DNA from: a virus
Lineage: Duplodnaviria; Caudoviricetes
Direction: 5' to 3' (one strand)
Length of the DNA stretch: 39,184 bases
IMG/VR virus record: IMGVR_UViG_3300049781_000037
Span: 1 to 39,184 of that record
Below the pieces are notes generated by a model. That model saw only the letters and a program-made list of their open reading frames with translations. It was not told the DNA's origin and made no database searches. The position numbers and the translations under genes are program-made. Positions 15,669 through 27,218 of this stretch are shown piece by piece; the first letter of the stretch is position 1, and every line of letters starts with the position of its first letter.

Positions 15669-18600
15669 CTACAGGGCGACGATGGTCGGGGTGGCGAGCC
15701 GGACGTCCGTGCCCGCGGTCTGGTCCTTGATGACGCCGTTGCGGCTGCGGCGCACGGTCCACGTCTGCGGATTGGCCAGTCGGAGGTTGTCGAAGCGCGT
15801 CTCCAGCCCCGCGTTGGTGTTGCCGGTGTTGCGGAAGCTGCGCACCCCGACGGATGCCGCGGCGACCAACGACGTGTCAGCCACGTCGATCTGCCACAGG
15901 TCCGGCTCCCGATCAGAGGCGAGCCAGAGCTTCGCCTTCAGAGCACTCCCGATCACCTGAAAACGCACCCGGTAGAAGGTGCCCGCCACGTGCGTGAGCG
16001 TGCTGGTGTACGTGCCGAGCTGCGTCTCGGTGCCGCTCACTCGCTTGCGCACGGTCAGCACCAGGCCCGCGGCCGTCGTGACCTCCACCCGCGCCTGGTA
16101 CAGAGAGTTGTTGTCCACGGCCCGGGCGACGGGTCCGGTGAACACTGACGCCCCCGTGGCCAGGGCGGAAACGGCGACATCCGCGTACAGATCCACATCG
16201 GTGCCCGGCGCCGGCACCAGGGCGAGGTGGGCGATGCCCGTACTCGGCTGCGCCGCCACCCCGTACCCGCCGCCGACGCTGTGGTCCGCGCTCGGTGCCA
16301 CGGTCCAGGCCTGGCCCGAGTCGGCCTGCCCCCATCCGCCGGCGGCCACGGTCCGGCCGAAGGCGTCCCGGACCGAGTCCGCGATGGCGTCGACTGTGAC
16401 GTGCTCCCCGCCGAGCTGGACGTCGAAGGGGAACTCCTGCGGCTTGCCCCCGGCCGGGCGGATGGTCACGCCGTGAGCCCACAGCACGTCTGCGGACGGG
16501 GGGAAGTTCGCCACGGTCGGGGCCGCGTTTGCCGTGAGCGCCCCGACCGGGGCTGTCGCGGTCAGCTCGAACCAGCGCCAGGTGTTGGCCACCACTGCGA
16601 GGCCTGAGGCGTCAGTTGCCTGGTAGGCGCCACCCGTGGTGAACCAGTTGATGTTCAAGTTGATCGTCCTGCTGGCGGCGCAGCGGAGCCAGCCGGAGAT
16701 GACGTACTGCTGGCCGACCGTCACCGGCACTGCGCTGCCACCGGCGTTGGGGAACTGCGCCACCCCATCGGGGGTGAACTTCATGGCCCACGCGCCCTCG
16801 AAGGGCTTCGGCTCCGGGGCGGTGACCCGCTCGAGGGTGCCGCCGTTGCCGAACCAGCCCGTCAGGCTCGACTCGAGGTACGGGTTGGCCGTGAGGGCTG
16901 GCAGGGCGGTGACCCAGGTGATGCCGTCGAGGGCCCGTACGGTCAGCACAGTGTCGTCCTCGTCGACTGCGGCGACCAGCTCGCTGCCGTCGGTGTCGAC
17001 CCGGCCGAGGACCGGGTCTTCGACGACGCCCACGCGCCACGGTGAGCCCGGGGCGCACACGAAATCGATCTCCCAAGTGCGCACCCCGATTCGCTCGGTC
17101 AGGCCCTGGACGATCAGGTCCACCGGGCCCGGCGGCAGGAAGTCCGGCAGGTCCGTGATGCGGATCAGGTCGCCCTCGATCATGTCGAGGACGGTCGGGA
17201 TCAGCGACGGGGCCTTGTGCAGCCGCAGGGTGACCACGGGGTAGCGGGCCTCGTCGACCGTGCCGAGGTGCATCAGCCAGTGCGCCATGGGCTCGGTCTG
17301 GCTGTCGGTGAAGAAGTTGATCGAGACGGAGTCGTCGTACCGGCCCACGCCGTCGGGCGGGTCCAGCACGGACAGGCGGCCGCTGGTGAGCTCTGCCCGG
17401 CCCGACGAGCCGCCGACCCGCTCCACGGTGACGTCGTTGCGTAGGTTGGCGTCGTCGTCGAGCGGCTCCAGCGCACCCAGGCCCTTCGACCCGTAGGACA
17501 GGGTGAGCTTCGGTGTCTGGTTGTACTGCGAGGCCCGGGTCCGGTAGCGCAGGCCCAGCCGGGAGCGGTCCTCGATGAGGATGCCGCCGTCGGCCTGCTC
17601 GCACTGCTCCAGCTGCTCCAGCAGCGTCGCCGGGCGCTGCGCACCCATGGCGGCCGTCTCGGACGTGTCGCCGGTGATGACGAGCGACAGGGACTCCTCG
17701 GCAGCCAGCCGGGTCAGCCGCGCCGCGGCCAGCTCGCCACCGAACCCGTTGTCCGCGTCGTTGAACACGGCGGTGTTGCTCGCCTGGAACACGGCCAGGT
17801 GCCCGATCGCTGTGCCCTCCAGGCCGGCGCCGAAGCTGGACCGGACCGAGGTGACCCGGCCGACCGTCCCGGCGAAGCTGCCGGTGTGGAAGTGGCCGCC
17901 GCTGGAGTTCGCCGCGTTCAGCCACCCCAGGTCCACGTCGACGTTGGCGCCGTTCTGGCGGGCGAAGACGCGGACGCGGTTCCAGTTGCCGAAGAAGTTC
18001 GGCTGACTGCCGGCCGTGGTGCTGGTGAGGAGCAGCTGGTTGTCGTCGGCGTCGAGGACCTGGAGCTGCACGCTGTTGGTCTGCACGCGGACCCGGTAGC
18101 GGTTGCCCGTACCAGAGCACGCGATCTCGTAGAGCACGGCCTGGGCGACGGGCGCGGCCGGGATGTAGTTGACCAGCTCTACGTGCCACGGGCCCGTGCC
18201 GGATGCGGGAGGCGGCACGCTCGCCGAGAGGGAGCCTCCGGGCTGGAGGACGGGCAGCGCTGACGAGCCACCGAGGCTGTCGTCACTGGCCATGTCGAAG
18301 TTGGTCAGCTTCATCGGAGTGACGCCGGGCACCGGGCTGTAGGCCTGGGTAGCTGCGGTGTCGTCCTCCATCGGCCAGTACGCCAGGGGGTTGGCCGAGG
18401 GGATGCGCCGCCGCAGGGTGCTCTGCAGGAGCTTCTTGCCCTGATTGAGGCGGCGGAGAATGCCCGCGCCCTCGCCCTCGACGCGGATGAGGTGACCGCC
18501 GTTGCTCCAACGGGCGGGCCAGTCGGAGTACTCACCGCTGAAACGGATCTGCCGGTTGGTGATCTCCGCCCCACTCGCAGGCGTCCACGTGCGGCCCGCT

Positions 18601-19460
18601 GAGTCCACGAACGAAGCGACGCCCGCCGCAGGCAGCGAGAAGTCCGGAGCGGCAACGACGGTGCCGTTGATGCCGGAGCGCAGCTCGAAGGCATGGACCC
18701 GGCCGGCGGGCCGCTCGAACCCGAGGTCGGTGGTGTCGCCGACGATGACCGGTGCGGTCGAGGAGAACACGCTCGTCGTCCCGGAGTTGATCACGGGTGT
18801 GCCGAGCTGCGTCCAGGGGCCTGCGATGGTCGGCGCGGTGTAGTAGGTGATCGTGTGGCCGCTGGCCCCGTTGTCCACGTCGAGGGTGACGCGCAGGGCG
18901 AGCCGCTCGCCGGGGAGTACCGGGAACGGGGCGGTGGAATCGTACTGCTGGATGGTCGTGCCGTCGGTCGTCCACCGGAACGTGGCCCTTCCGGCGGTCG
19001 AGACGAACAGCCCCCAGCTTCTTTGGTTGCCGGTGACGCCGTACTTGCTGCACAGCTCGCGCAAGACGTTGGTGGAGACCCAGCGGTCGAGGGTGCAGTC
19101 GATGCGGACGTCGATGTCGCCGACGATGTCGAGAGCGGCCGCGTCGGGCGTCGAGGCCGCGTTCCCTACGGTGTCCGGCAGCCACAGGTACCGGTCGCCC
19201 GTGTGGACGGACACGCGCATCGGCGTGTTCGGGCCGAGCTTCCCGTAGTACGGGCTCCGAGGATTGCGCCACGAGTACAGGCCGGCAGGGCTGCGCAGGA
19301 CCAGGGAACAGGCGGCCGGGTCGACCGCCTGCCCCTCGCCCGAGCGCCCACGCTCGTGCGTGATGAGGTCCGACAGCTGCGCGTGCTGCGTGACGTCAGT
19401 CCACACCCCGCCGATGGCGAACTCCACCATCGCGCCGAGCGTGTCCTCCGGGAACGCCAT
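15669..19460 (-). CDS. Large tail-tip protein (distal-tail/hub-like) with inserted lectin/carbohydrate-binding modules
   Basis: 1263 aa after tape measure; WTDVT...RNPRSPYYG, LamG-like segment, YWPMED, CBM-like NPYLES..WF, C-terminal [21 protein letters not shown]. Confidence 0.82.
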   Translation of the reverse strand: MAFPEDTLGAMVEFAIGGVWTDVTQHAQLSDLITHERGRSGEGQAVDPAACSLVLRSPAGLYSWRNPRSPYYGKLGPNTPMRVSVHTGDRYLWLPDTVGNAASTPDAAALDIVGDIDVRIDCTLDRWVSTNVLRELCSKYGVTGNQRSWGLFVSTAGRATFRWTTDGTTIQQYDSTAPFPVLPGERLALRVTLDVDNGASGHTITYYTAPTIAGPWTQLGTPVINSGTTSVFSSTAPVIVGDTTDLGFERPAGRVHAFELRSGINGTVVAAPDFSLPAAGVASFVDSAGRTWTPASGAEITNRQIRFSGEYSDWPARWSNGGHLIRVEGEGAGILRRLNQGKKLLQSTLRRRIPSANPLAYWPMEDDTAATQAYSPVPGVTPMKLTNFDMASDDSLGGSSALPVLQPGGSLSASVPPPASGTGPWHVELVNYIPAAPVAQAVLYEIACSGTGNRYRVRVQTNSVQLQVLDADDNQLLLTSTTAGSQPNFFGNWNRVRVFARQNGANVDVDLGWLNAANSSGGHFHTGSFAGTVGRVTSVRSSFGAGLEGTAIGHLAVFQASNTAVFNDADNGFGGELAAARLTRLAAEESLSLVITGDTSETAAMGAQRPATLLEQLEQCEQADGGILIEDRSRLGLRYRTRASQYNQTPKLTLSYGSKGLGALEPLDDDANLRNDVTVERVGGSSGRAELTSGRLSVLDPPDGVGRYDDSVSINFFTDSQTEPMAHWLMHLGTVDEARYPVVTLRLHKAPSLIPTVLDMIEGDLIRITDLPDFLPPGPVDLIVQGLTERIGVRTWEIDFVCAPGSPWRVGVVEDPVLGRVDTDGSELVAAVDEDDTVLTVRALDGITWVTALPALTANPYLESSLTGWFGNGGTLERVTAPEPKPFEGAWAMKFTPDGVAQFPNAGGSAVPVTVGQQYVISGWLRCAASRTINLNINWFTTGGAYQATDASGLAVVANTWRWFELTATAPVGALTANAAPTVANFPPSADVLWAHGVTIRPAGGKPQEFPFDVQLGGEHVTVDAIADSVRDAFGRTVAAGGWGQADSGQAWTVAPSADHSVGGGYGVAAQPSTGIAHLALVPAPGTDVDLYADVAVSALATGASVFTGPVARAVDNNSLYQARVEVTTAAGLVLTVRKRVSGTETQLGTYTSTLTHVAGTFYRVRFQVIGSALKAKLWLASDREPDLWQIDVADTSLVAAASVGVRSFRNTGNTNAGLETRFDNLRLANPQTWTVRRSRNGVIKDQTAGTDVRLATPTIVAL

Positions 19461-22400
19461 CAGCTGCTCCTCCTTCCCGCGATGACCAGGTCGACGTCAC
19501 CGCCGCCCTTCTTGCGCACGCTGCGGCGCATGGACTCCATGACGAAGTTGTCGGCCTGGCGGCCCGAGGAACGCAGCTCCAGCACGACCTTCTGCGACGC
19601 GGCCGCGCGAGCCCGGGCGCCGGCCATGTCCCACGACCCCGCTGAGGGCGTCTCCACGAGAGAGGCCATCGACCGGTTCACGGCCGTGCGCTGGCCCTCC
19701 ATGCCGCGGATGAGGCCCTGCGCGGTGTACTGGCCGACCAGCGCCATCACCCGGCTCGGCGACTTGATGCCAAGCGCCTTCCGGATCGACTTGGACATGC
19801 CCTTGGCGATCTTCAGCATCTGCCGCTCGATGGACTTCTGCTGGTTCTGCAGACCACGCACCAGGCCCTGGCCGGCGGCGATCCCAGCCCCGTACATGGC
19901 ATTGCCCGCAGCCGAACCGGCAGACCCGGCAGCCGACACGAGGAGCTTCTGCTCCTGGTTGATCTGCTTGATCTGGCTGCTGTTGGCGTTGGCCAGAGCA
20001 GCAGCGGCAGCCGAGCCCTGCTCCACGCCGGCCTGGGCGATCTGCGCGATGAGGTCCGCGCTCACGCCCTTCTTCCGCAGCGTCGCCAGGTTCTTCGCGA
20101 AGGTTTCGGCGGCGGCCCGGTCCTGCTTCAGCCCGGCCAGGATCGTCTCGGCGGTCTGCGGCCAGCCGCCGGTGTTCTCCTTCGACGTGATGTTCGCCGA
20201 GTCGAGGACGCCCTTCTTCACGTCCGCGGCCAGCTTGTCGCGGGCCTTGATCTGGTCGGCGAGCTTCTTCGTCGCGGTCTTCATCCGCGTCGCCAGCTTG
20301 CCCTCCTGGTTGGCGAGCGACATCAGCTTCTTCGTGCCGGAGCTGATGGTGCTGAGCGCCTTGGAGCGCCGCTTGCCGGGGTTGAGGCCGTCACGGACGA
20401 TGTCCGCCAACTTGGTGGAGGCGGACTTGACTTGCTTCGACGAGCCGGTAAGCCCGTCGATGAGGCCCCGGGCGATCCACCGGCCCTGAGCGCGCGTCAC
20501 CTTGGACGGTGAAGCGATGCCGAGGGCCTTGGCGATCGGGCCGGGGATCATCGACCGGGCCCAGCTGAGCAGCTTGGACTTGATCCAGCCGCCCATCGAC
20601 GAGATGCCGGACCACAGGCCCTGCACGACCGCGACGCCCTTGGACACCAGCAACCTGTTCAGGGAGCCGATGCCCGCCGAGATCCGGCCCGGCAGGCCGC
20701 GCACCCACGAGACGAGGGCGAGGGCCTTCTGCACCGCCGCATCGCGGAGGGCCTGGAAGGCACTGGTGGCGCGCTGCCGCAGGACGCCGAGGAGGCTGGC
20801 CAGGGCGTTGCTGATGCGCCCGGGCAGGCCGACCATCCACGCGACCAGGGCGAGCGACTTCTTGACCGCCCAGTCCTTGGCCTGACCGAACCAGTTAGCG
20901 ATCTTCCCGGGGATTTTCCCCAGCCACTCGATCCCGGCGAGGATCGCGTTGACGGCACCTTTGAGCTGGGCGACAACCCAGTTCCAGGCGATCTCGGTGT
21001 AGGCCTTGACCTTGTCCCAGTTGGCGATGATCAGCGCCACCAGGCCGATGACGATCGCGATGATCCAGCCGATCGGGCCCATGGCGATCAGCCACTGTGC
21101 GGCCATCGTCGCGGCCCAGATCACCGCGCGGCCAGCCATCATCGCGAACTGTGCCACCGTCACCGCGGCGACGCGGAGGATCCCCACCAGCCACGTAGCG
21201 GTCATCCGCGCGGCCGAGGCGGCCCACACTGCGCCCGTGCGCAGGGCGTTGGCAGTGGCCGACGCGGCCGTCGCAACGAACGAACCGATCGCGCGGGCCT
21301 TCATCAGCGTCCAGGCGCCGGCCGTGCGGGCAGCCGCACCGATCTGGATCGCGGCTCCCTTCACCGCGGCGGCGCCCGACGTGACCCAGCCCCACATCAC
21401 CCGGCCGGCCGCGGCGGTGGCCGTGACGCCCATCAAGAACAGAGCCGGGACGAGCACAGCGGTGATGACGGCGCCGGCGACCTTGAAGGCGCCCGAGTGC
21501 TCCTTGATGAAGCCGCCCAGCTTCATGACGGTGGGGATGACCCGACCGCCGATGAAGTCGACCAGCTCCTGCATGGCGCCGCGCTTGAAGCGCTCGATGT
21601 TCGCGGCGGCCGTGTCGTGGATGCCCTTGCCGAGCTTGTCCGCAGCCCCGGCGGCCTTGTCCATGCCGGACGCGGCCGCCGCCGAGGCGGGGTCGAGGGC
21701 GTACAGGGCCTCGCCCATGACGATGCCCGGGTCACCGAACAGAGCACCGGCCGCGGCAAGGCGGTCCGTCTCGTCGGTGGTGTTGCGGAGGGCGTCGGTC
21801 GTCATCTGGAGGGCCTCGACACCGGACTTGCCGCCCTTCTTCAGCTTCGCGACGACGGTGTCGGCGTTCAGACCGATGCCCTTGAAGGCGTCCTCGACCG
21901 GCTTGCCTCCGGCGAGCGCGCGTTCGCCGAACTGGCCGATGGCGTCGGCGACCTGGTCGCTGTCGCGGGCGCCCTTGGCGATGGCCTGGGTCATGAGGCC
22001 GATGGCGGTCTTGCCGTCCAGGCCGACCCGCTTGAACTGGACGCTGTACTCGTTGAGCGTGTCCAAAAAGTCGTCGGCCTTGTTCACATTTGTGGTGAAA
22101 CCCTTTGCGATCAGGTCCAGGGCCTCGGTCGAGTTCTTCGCCAGGCCCGTCTGGATCAGCTGCTTCGCCGCGTTGACGACCTTCGGCAGGTCCTGGCCGA
22201 ACAGGCCGGTCAGGTCCGCGACCTTTGTGGAGACCTTCTGGATCTCCGCGTTCGTCGCGTCGGCGTCGATCAGCCCCGAGCCCATGACCGAGCCGATGGT
22301 GTCGGCCGCAGTCTGGAAGTCCTCCGTGATCGCGTTCGCGTACAGCTGGCCCGCGATCTTGCCGTACCGCTGCGCCTCCGCCGGAGTCTTCCCCAGCTGC

Positions 22401-22825
22401 GCGCCGAGCCGCGCAGTGATCGTCTCCTGCTCCAGGGCCTGGCCGAAGGCGTTCATCAGGACCGCACCCGCGGCGGCCCCCGCGGCGAGCGCGATGGTCT
22501 GAAGCCGGGTCAGCCCGCCCTCAGCCTCAGCGACGGCCTCGTCTGCGCCGTCACCCACGCCGTCCGCCAGGCCGTCACCGACCGCGTCCCCTGCCCGGCG
22601 GCCGGCGGCGACGAAACGGCCCCGGGCGTTGCGGAGCCTGCCATCGGCGCCCCGAACGAGACCGTCGCCGAGTCCTTCGCCTGCCTGCTGTCCGGCGCGG
22701 TCGGCGTCGGCGCCCATCGCCCGCCCGGCGTCCCGCATGGCGTTCTCGGCGCGGCGCAGGGCGGGGTCCACGGTGCGGTCGTCGACCGTGAGGATGGCGT
22801 TGAGTTCGCCGACCTGGAGCGCCAC
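19460..22825 (-). CDS. Tail tape measure protein
   Basis: 1121 aa Ala-rich helical; MALQVGEL start; [11 protein letters not shown]; [15 protein letters not shown] motifs; follows chaperone. Confidence 0.93.
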   Translation of the reverse strand: MALQVGELNAILTVDDRTVDPALRRAENAMRDAGRAMGADADRAGQQAGEGLGDGLVRGADGRLRNARGRFVAAGRRAGDAVGDGLADGVGDGADEAVAEAEGGLTRLQTIALAAGAAAGAVLMNAFGQALEQETITARLGAQLGKTPAEAQRYGKIAGQLYANAITEDFQTAADTIGSVMGSGLIDADATNAEIQKVSTKVADLTGLFGQDLPKVVNAAKQLIQTGLAKNSTEALDLIAKGFTTNVNKADDFLDTLNEYSVQFKRVGLDGKTAIGLMTQAIAKGARDSDQVADAIGQFGERALAGGKPVEDAFKGIGLNADTVVAKLKKGGKSGVEALQMTTDALRNTTDETDRLAAAGALFGDPGIVMGEALYALDPASAAAASGMDKAAGAADKLGKGIHDTAAANIERFKRGAMQELVDFIGGRVIPTVMKLGGFIKEHSGAFKVAGAVITAVLVPALFLMGVTATAAAGRVMWGWVTSGAAAVKGAAIQIGAAARTAGAWTLMKARAIGSFVATAASATANALRTGAVWAASAARMTATWLVGILRVAAVTVAQFAMMAGRAVIWAATMAAQWLIAMGPIGWIIAIVIGLVALIIANWDKVKAYTEIAWNWVVAQLKGAVNAILAGIEWLGKIPGKIANWFGQAKDWAVKKSLALVAWMVGLPGRISNALASLLGVLRQRATSAFQALRDAAVQKALALVSWVRGLPGRISAGIGSLNRLLVSKGVAVVQGLWSGISSMGGWIKSKLLSWARSMIPGPIAKALGIASPSKVTRAQGRWIARGLIDGLTGSSKQVKSASTKLADIVRDGLNPGKRRSKALSTISSGTKKLMSLANQEGKLATRMKTATKKLADQIKARDKLAADVKKGVLDSANITSKENTGGWPQTAETILAGLKQDRAAAETFAKNLATLRKKGVSADLIAQIAQAGVEQGSAAAAALANANSSQIKQINQEQKLLVSAAGSAGSAAGNAMYGAGIAAGQGLVRGLQNQQKSIERQMLKIAKGMSKSIRKALGIKSPSRVMALVGQYTAQGLIRGMEGQRTAVNRSMASLVETPSAGSWDMAGARARAAASQKVVLELRSSGRQADNFVMESMRRSVRKKGGGDVDLVIAGRRSS

Positions 22826-22828
22826 GGC

Positions 22829-23200
22829 TCACCTCCGTCGGGTGTGGGGCTTGGGTTCCTCGGGAGGGTTGAAGTGGCGCTGTAGGCGCGATTCGCAGGA
22901 GAGGAGGCCGAGCACGCGGGCCTGGAACCAGCGCCATGTGCGCTGGCGGAGGATGCCGGACTCGACGTCGACGCCGTACACCTGGTGCAGGTCGGCCTCG
23001 ATGAGCGGCCACTGCTCCAGCAGCGTCTGCCAGCTCAGGTCGGCCGGGGGCCCCTGCCGCGTCCGCCCCTGCTTCGGTGCTGGGATCCCGCCCTCGTACC
23101 ACTCGTAGAGGCCGGTGACGGGGTCCCGTTCGCCGCACCCTTTGCCGAGGAGTCGCGCGACATCGCTCGCCGCTCCGCCCGGTTCCGTGCCGCTTTTCCC
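22829..23200 (-). CDS. Tail assembly chaperone, -1 frameshift extension (gpGT-like)
   Basis: Open -1 frame entered at GGGAAAA (23200-23194); LSWQTLLEQWPLIEADLHQVYGVD...WRWFQARVLGLLS..SRL. Confidence 0.8.
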   Translation of the reverse strand, partial: GKSGTEPGGAASDVARLLGKGCGERDPVTGLYEWYEGGIPAPKQGRTRQGPPADLSWQTLLEQWPLIEADLHQVYGVDVESGILRQRTWRWFQARVLGLLSCESRLQRHFNPPEEPKPHTRRR

Positions 23201-23562
23201 GGGGCTTCGCCCGTCTTCCAGAACTGGAGGGCGGTGTCCTCGTCGGTGGTGACCCAGAACATCACGGTGAGACTGACGTGCTTGAACATCGACCACGACG
23301 TCTCGGCACGGAGCTTGTCGTAGACCGGGCCCAGACAGAGCCGGTACAGGTCGAGCTCCTCCTCGTCGTCGAGGACGGCCGTGTTCGGGGCGGTGCCCCC
23401 GGCAGCGAGCCGGGCCGCGAGGCTGGTGATGCGCTCGATCTTGATGCCCGCCTCGGCGGACGGGTCCGGAATGTGGTACTCGTGCACCACGCCGTCCTCG
23501 CCCTTGACGGGCAGGGTGAGCCCGTCGGAGAGGAAGTCGTCGAGCGCCTCGAAGTTCCCCAT
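23035..23562 (-). CDS. Tail assembly chaperone (gpG-like)
   Basis: ATG 23562 overlapping tail tube stop; lies between tube and tape measure; ...GEAPGKA slippery site, NRAERR. Confidence 0.85.
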   Translation of the reverse strand: MGNFEALDDFLSDGLTLPVKGEDGVVHEYHIPDPSAEAGIKIERITSLAARLAAGGTAPNTAVLDDEEELDLYRLCLGPVYDKLRAETSWSMFKHVSLTVMFWVTTDEDTALQFWKTGEAPGKAARNRAERRAMSRDSSAKGAANGTPSPASTSGTRAGSQHRSRGGRGRGPRPT

Positions 23563-24035
23563 CAGGCAACCGGGTTGGTGATCGGGACGAGCGGGCCGGT
23601 GCCGGTGAGAGTCACCTCGACCTGGTCCAGCGCCGTGTACTCGCCGCCGGACGGCGCCCACGTCACCAGGGCGGTCCCCTCGTATGCCTCCGGGAGCCCG
23701 TCGCGGTCGTAGTAGCGGACGTGGACCTCGGAGGCGCTGCCGAACGCGAACGACGCCAGCCTCAGGGCCTCGTGCGTGGGGTGGTACACCTTCACCTGGT
23801 CGTTGATGCGGCGGTTGACGGTGAGGCTGACCTCCCAGGCCTGCCCCGTCTTGGTGTTACCGGCCCAGCCGCCCGAGTCGTAGTCGCTGGAGTCCTCGAT
23901 GTTGGGCTCGGCGCTCTGGGTGAACTCGGTGATGCCGATGACGCTGCTCCAGTCGCTGCCGTCCTTTGCGGCGGACAGGTCCAGGTCCATCTTCCAGCGC
24001 CGGGCGAGGGCGTTGGTGGGCGTGGGAGTGCTCAT
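23562..24035 (-). CDS. Major tail (tube) protein
   Basis: 157 aa; IEDSSDYDSGGW..., RYYDRDG.PEAYEG, VTLTGTG; position. Confidence 0.85.
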   Translation of the reverse strand: MSTPTPTNALARRWKMDLDLSAAKDGSDWSSVIGITEFTQSAEPNIEDSSDYDSGGWAGNTKTGQAWEVSLTVNRRINDQVKVYHPTHEALRLASFAFGSASEVHVRYYDRDGLPEAYEGTALVTWAPSGGEYTALDQVEVTLTGTGPLVPITNPVA

Positions 24036-24045
24036 GCCGATCCTC

Positions 24046-24480
24046 TCAATCGATCAGGTAGGTCCCGGCCCTGTCGGCCCGGAAGTAGTAGTTCGCGGTC
24101 AGCTCCATGCGCTGCTGGCTGTCCTGACCGATCCACGCCTGCGACTGGCGCCACGACAGCTGCACGTGGACGCCGCCGCAGTCGTAGTGCCGCCGGTTGT
24201 GCAGGGCGTCGAAGACGAGGTCTGCGAGGTCATCGATGGCGTCCGGGTCACGGCCCGCGCGCATGCGGACCTGCACCCCGGTGATGGCGTTGGGGGTGTC
24301 GTCGTCGGCGACCGGGTATGCGGTGATGCCGAGCGCCCGGGCCGGGGTGTCCGGCATGACGCCCCGGAAGATCCCCGTGGCCGGGTCCGAGACGATGCCA
24401 TCGGGGTCGAAGACACCGACGCCGGCCTCAGCGAGGAGACCGGCGATTCCGTCGAGGAGGCTGCTGGTGTATCCACTCAC
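24046..24480 (-). CDS. Tail terminator / 'minor capsid'-type neck protein
   Basis: MPDTP, VQVRMRAG, GQDSQQRMELTANY; position before the tube gene. Confidence 0.78.
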   Translation of the reverse strand: MSGYTSSLLDGIAGLLAEAGVGVFDPDGIVSDPATGIFRGVMPDTPARALGITAYPVADDDTPNAITGVQVRMRAGRDPDAIDDLADLVFDALHNRRHYDCGGVHVQLSWRQSQAWIGQDSQQRMELTANYYFRADRAGTYLID

Positions 24481-24827
24481 CGCATCGCCCGCCTCACCTG
24501 CGCGGCGATGATCGCTGCGACCTCGGCGCGGCTGGCGTTCAGCGTGCGCTCCAGGTACTTCGCGGTTCGGCCGGGCGCGTGCCGGTAATCGAGTCGCTCA
24601 TGCTGGACCACGGCGTACGGGGTGTCATAAGAAACCATCCCGGTCAGCGACGGCGGGTCCACGCTGGCGGTGCCGGAGCGCTGCAGCTCGGCCTCGTCGA
24701 GGGGCACAACGTCGTTGCTGCCGGCCAGCACATGCTCGGCGGCGAGATACACCCCGGCCGCGGCGCCGTCGCGGATCTGCCGTGACGCCGCGGTCCCCTG
24801 GAAGCGCAGCCGGAAGTTCTGCGGCAT
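24477..24827 (-). CDS. Neck protein (HK97 gp10-like/minor capsid)
   Basis: VPLDEAELQRSG, YDTPYAVVQHE..H.PGRTAKYLE. Confidence 0.8.
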   Translation of the reverse strand: MPQNFRLRFQGTAASRQIRDGAAAGVYLAAEHVLAGSNDVVPLDEAELQRSGTASVDPPSLTGMVSYDTPYAVVQHERLDYRHAPGRTAKYLERTLNASRAEVAAIIAAQVRRAMR

Positions 24828-24842
24828 GGAGGCCTCCCGCTG

Positions 24843-25163
24843 CTACTCGAGTTGGAACTCCACGTGGTTCGGGGTGCCGAGCCCTCGGCCGTCGCGGTTC
24901 TTCGTCTGGATCACGGTCGTGACCCGGCCATCCGGCAGGGTGACCCGAGACAGCGGCGGGGCCTTCTTCTCCTCGGGCCCGGCATAGGCGGTTGAGGTCG
25001 AGGTGACCTGCTCGCCGCCAGGTGTTCGGACGGCTCGCGTCTGCTCGTCGAGGAGGCAGCGCACCGTGCGCCCGGGCGCGTACTTGGGGCCCTTGCTGCT
25101 GTTGCCCAGGTAGTCCTCGACGGTGATCGTGTGGACCAGGTAGCGGCGCGGAATCGTGGCCAT
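24843..25163 (-). CDS. Head closure/stopper protein
   Basis: ATG 25163 overlapping upstream stop; HTITVEDYLG...SRVTLPDGR...HVE; position. Confidence 0.75.
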   Translation of the reverse strand: MATIPRRYLVHTITVEDYLGNSSKGPKYAPGRTVRCLLDEQTRAVRTPGGEQVTSTSTAYAGPEEKKAPPLSRVTLPDGRVTTVIQTKNRDGRGLGTPNHVEFQLE

Positions 25164-25831
25164 CAGCACGCTGCCCAGGCGATCAGGCTGAACTTGTCGC
25201 CGGACAGGGCCTGGAGTGCGCGGAGCAGCTTCGGCGCGTAGTACGAGGGCCCGGACCGGTTTTCACCTGCACCGAACTGGAGCTGCACGCTGCCGATGCT
25301 GACGCCTTGCAGCGGGCCGGAGATGTCGGTCTCGACGCCGACCTCCCCCCAGAACTCCACCTGTGCACAGACCGCTTCGGCGAACGCTTCAGCGACCTCC
25401 GCATCGGTCGGCAGGCCTGTGACCTTGTCGACGTCGTACACAGCCGCTGTGAGGAAGTCCCTGTCCAGCATCCGCGACGCCTCCAGCAGAAGCCGTGCGC
25501 TGTCGAGAGGCGGGGCCGCGCCGAGGTATTCGGCGAGCTGCGTTGTCGTGGCGTACACCCGGCCGGGAGCCGCGACGAGAGGGGCCGGTGCCACGCCGAC
25601 CCGCTCGTGCTGCACGCTGGCGCCCGTGCCCGTCACCGTCCACGACAGCAGCCACACGCCGGCGGCCGTGTATGTGAGGGACGCGATCCAGGTCTTCCCC
25701 CCGTCGGCCGTGCCGGTCGGGGGTGAGGAGACCGTTCCGGTCGGCGCAGTGACGGCCAGCGTGGCGGCTGTGGTGGCGTCGTAGGGGTCGACGGTCAGGG
25801 ACGCGGTGACGGTGTCTCCCACGTCGGGCAT
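25163..25831 (-). CDS. Head-tail adaptor with N-terminal Ig-like domain
   Basis: C-half YAT..QLAEYLG...LL.ASR.LD...AVCAQVEFW...VSIGSV; N-half beta-rich (GVWLLSWTVTGTG). Confidence 0.78.
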   Translation of the reverse strand: MPDVGDTVTASLTVDPYDATTAATLAVTAPTGTVSSPPTGTADGGKTWIASLTYTAAGVWLLSWTVTGTGASVQHERVGVAPAPLVAAPGRVYATTTQLAEYLGAAPPLDSARLLLEASRMLDRDFLTAAVYDVDKVTGLPTDAEVAEAFAEAVCAQVEFWGEVGVETDISGPLQGVSIGSVQLQFGAGENRSGPSYYAPKLLRALQALSGDKFSLIAWAAC

Positions 25832-25833
25832 GG

Positions 25834-26682
25834 TCAGCCTCCTGTCGTCGAGGTCGTGGCCAGCTGCGGCCCGGTCGTGGAGGGGATGAGCGTGGGCCCG
25901 GACGCGTTGGGCGTGAGGGTGCGTGCGGGCCGGGGCAGGCGCGCGATGGTGCCTGCGTGGGCGTGGGTGCGCGCGGCGCCGAGCTGGACGACGTGGGCGA
26001 CGCTCAGCGGCCGGGCCTCGACAGTGGAGCGGGCGGCGCCGAGCGGGTAGGCCTTCCGCCCGGCGAGCGGCTGGGCCGAGGCGGCCGTACGGGCTGCGCC
26101 CAGCAGGACCAGGTTGGTGGGGAGGTTGACGTTGTCGAGCTCAGCGAAGTTGTTGGAGCCGTCCGTGCGGGTCGACTCCAGCAGCAGTGAGAGGTTCGTG
26201 TCCGCCGCCCAAGTCGGGGTCGGGGCGGTGCGTAGCACAGTCCAGTTGGAGCTATCGGGGGATGCCTCCCACAACAGCGTGCCGCCCGTCTCCCGCAGCC
26301 TGAGCCAGGCGTGAGCGACCGGATCGTACGGCGGGAAGAGCGCGCCTCCGTCGGCGTAGCCCTCGCGGAGGTAGAGGCCCATCGCACCCTGGGCGGTGTC
26401 GATGATGAACCCGGCGTCGGTGCCGCCCGTGTCGGTGAGCACCAGCACCGACAAGGCGGCAGTCGACACGGCGCCGTTCGCGGCTGGCGGGTAGGCGCGC
26501 AGAAGGTAGTGCGAGCCCGCCAGGGTGTAGCTGGTGGCGGAGCGGAGCCCGGCGAAGCCACCCACGGTGCAGGGGATCCGGCCGCGGCCGCCGACCGTTG
26601 CCGGGTCGCCGTAGGAGTTGGGCCACTTCGTGAGGTCCAGGGCCCCGGTGAAGGAGTCTTCGAGGGTCTCCAGCAGCGGCAC
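25834..26682 (-). CDS. Putative virion decoration/fibre protein (lectin-like domain + LGAAR repeats)
   Basis: Beta-rich N-domain (WLRLRETGG..WEASPD..NW), three LGAAR(T/S) repeats; in head module. Confidence 0.6.
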   Translation of the reverse strand: MPLLETLEDSFTGALDLTKWPNSYGDPATVGGRGRIPCTVGGFAGLRSATSYTLAGSHYLLRAYPPAANGAVSTAALSVLVLTDTGGTDAGFIIDTAQGAMGLYLREGYADGGALFPPYDPVAHAWLRLRETGGTLLWEASPDSSNWTVLRTAPTPTWAADTNLSLLLESTRTDGSNNFAELDNVNLPTNLVLLGAARTAASAQPLAGRKAYPLGAARSTVEARPLSVAHVVQLGAARTHAHAGTIARLPRPARTLTPNASGPTLIPSTTGPQLATTSTTGG

Positions 26683-26696
26683 CGTGGCCTCCCCGG

Positions 26697-27146
26697 TCAG
26701 GCGTTGGAGTCGACGCTGATGCCGTCGGTGTGGACGCGGGCGACGATGTCCGTGCCGTCCGGGGTGACCGTGAAGTCGTGGTAGGTCAGCGGGACCAGCG
26801 ACGCGTCCGTGCCTCCGGTGGTGTCCGGGTCGTAGGCGATGAGTACCTTGCCCGTGGGCGCGCCGGTGGCGAGCGGCCAGCTCATGTCGTTCGCGTCGAA
26901 GCTGGCCGAGTTCGTGGTGTCGTTGACCGACACCACCACCCCGGTCAGCGACACTCGGCCCATGCTGGTCTGCTCGTTGGCAGGGCCCGCGAGCAAGTCG
27001 GCCACGGTGTCGTAGTCCTGGAGCACGTCATCGGACGGCAGCCCGGCCGCCTCCAGAGGGATGGCCACGAGCCCGTCACTGGCGGCCGGGAGCCCGGCGT
27101 AGTGCAGGATCCGGCCCTTGGCGATGTTGGCGACCACATCGGCCAC
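26697..27146 (-). CDS. Putative virion structural protein
   Basis: 149 aa, RBS GAGGAGG, acidic beta-rich; in head module. Confidence 0.65.
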   Translation of the reverse strand: MADVVANIAKGRILHYAGLPAASDGLVAIPLEAAGLPSDDVLQDYDTVADLLAGPANEQTSMGRVSLTGVVVSVNDTTNSASFDANDMSWPLATGAPTGKVLIAYDPDTTGGTDASLVPLTYHDFTVTPDGTDIVARVHTDGISVDSNA

Positions 27147-27171
27147 GGCGCGCCTCCTCGGTATGAGCGCG

Positions 27172-27202
27172 CGAGGGAGGCCCGCCGCCCGGGCCTCCCT
27201 CG
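27172..27202. terminator. Perfect 13-bp hairpin within head operon (attenuator or mRNA stabiliser)
   Basis: CGAGGGAGGCCCG-N5-CGGGCCTCCCTCG, intergenic; no U-tract. Confidence 0.5.
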
Positions 27203-27218
27203 TCGCGGTACGGATCGG

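Noticed and set aside
18693-22885. Long plus-strand ORFs (598, 498, 462 aa) opposite the tail genes
   Set aside because: Antisense shadows of high-GC coding sequence; no motifs, and fully overlap clear minus-strand genes
27172-27202. AGGGAG/CTCCCT in the head-operon hairpin as a sixth repressor operator
   Set aside because: Half-sites are in the opposite order with different spacing from the 16-bp boxes
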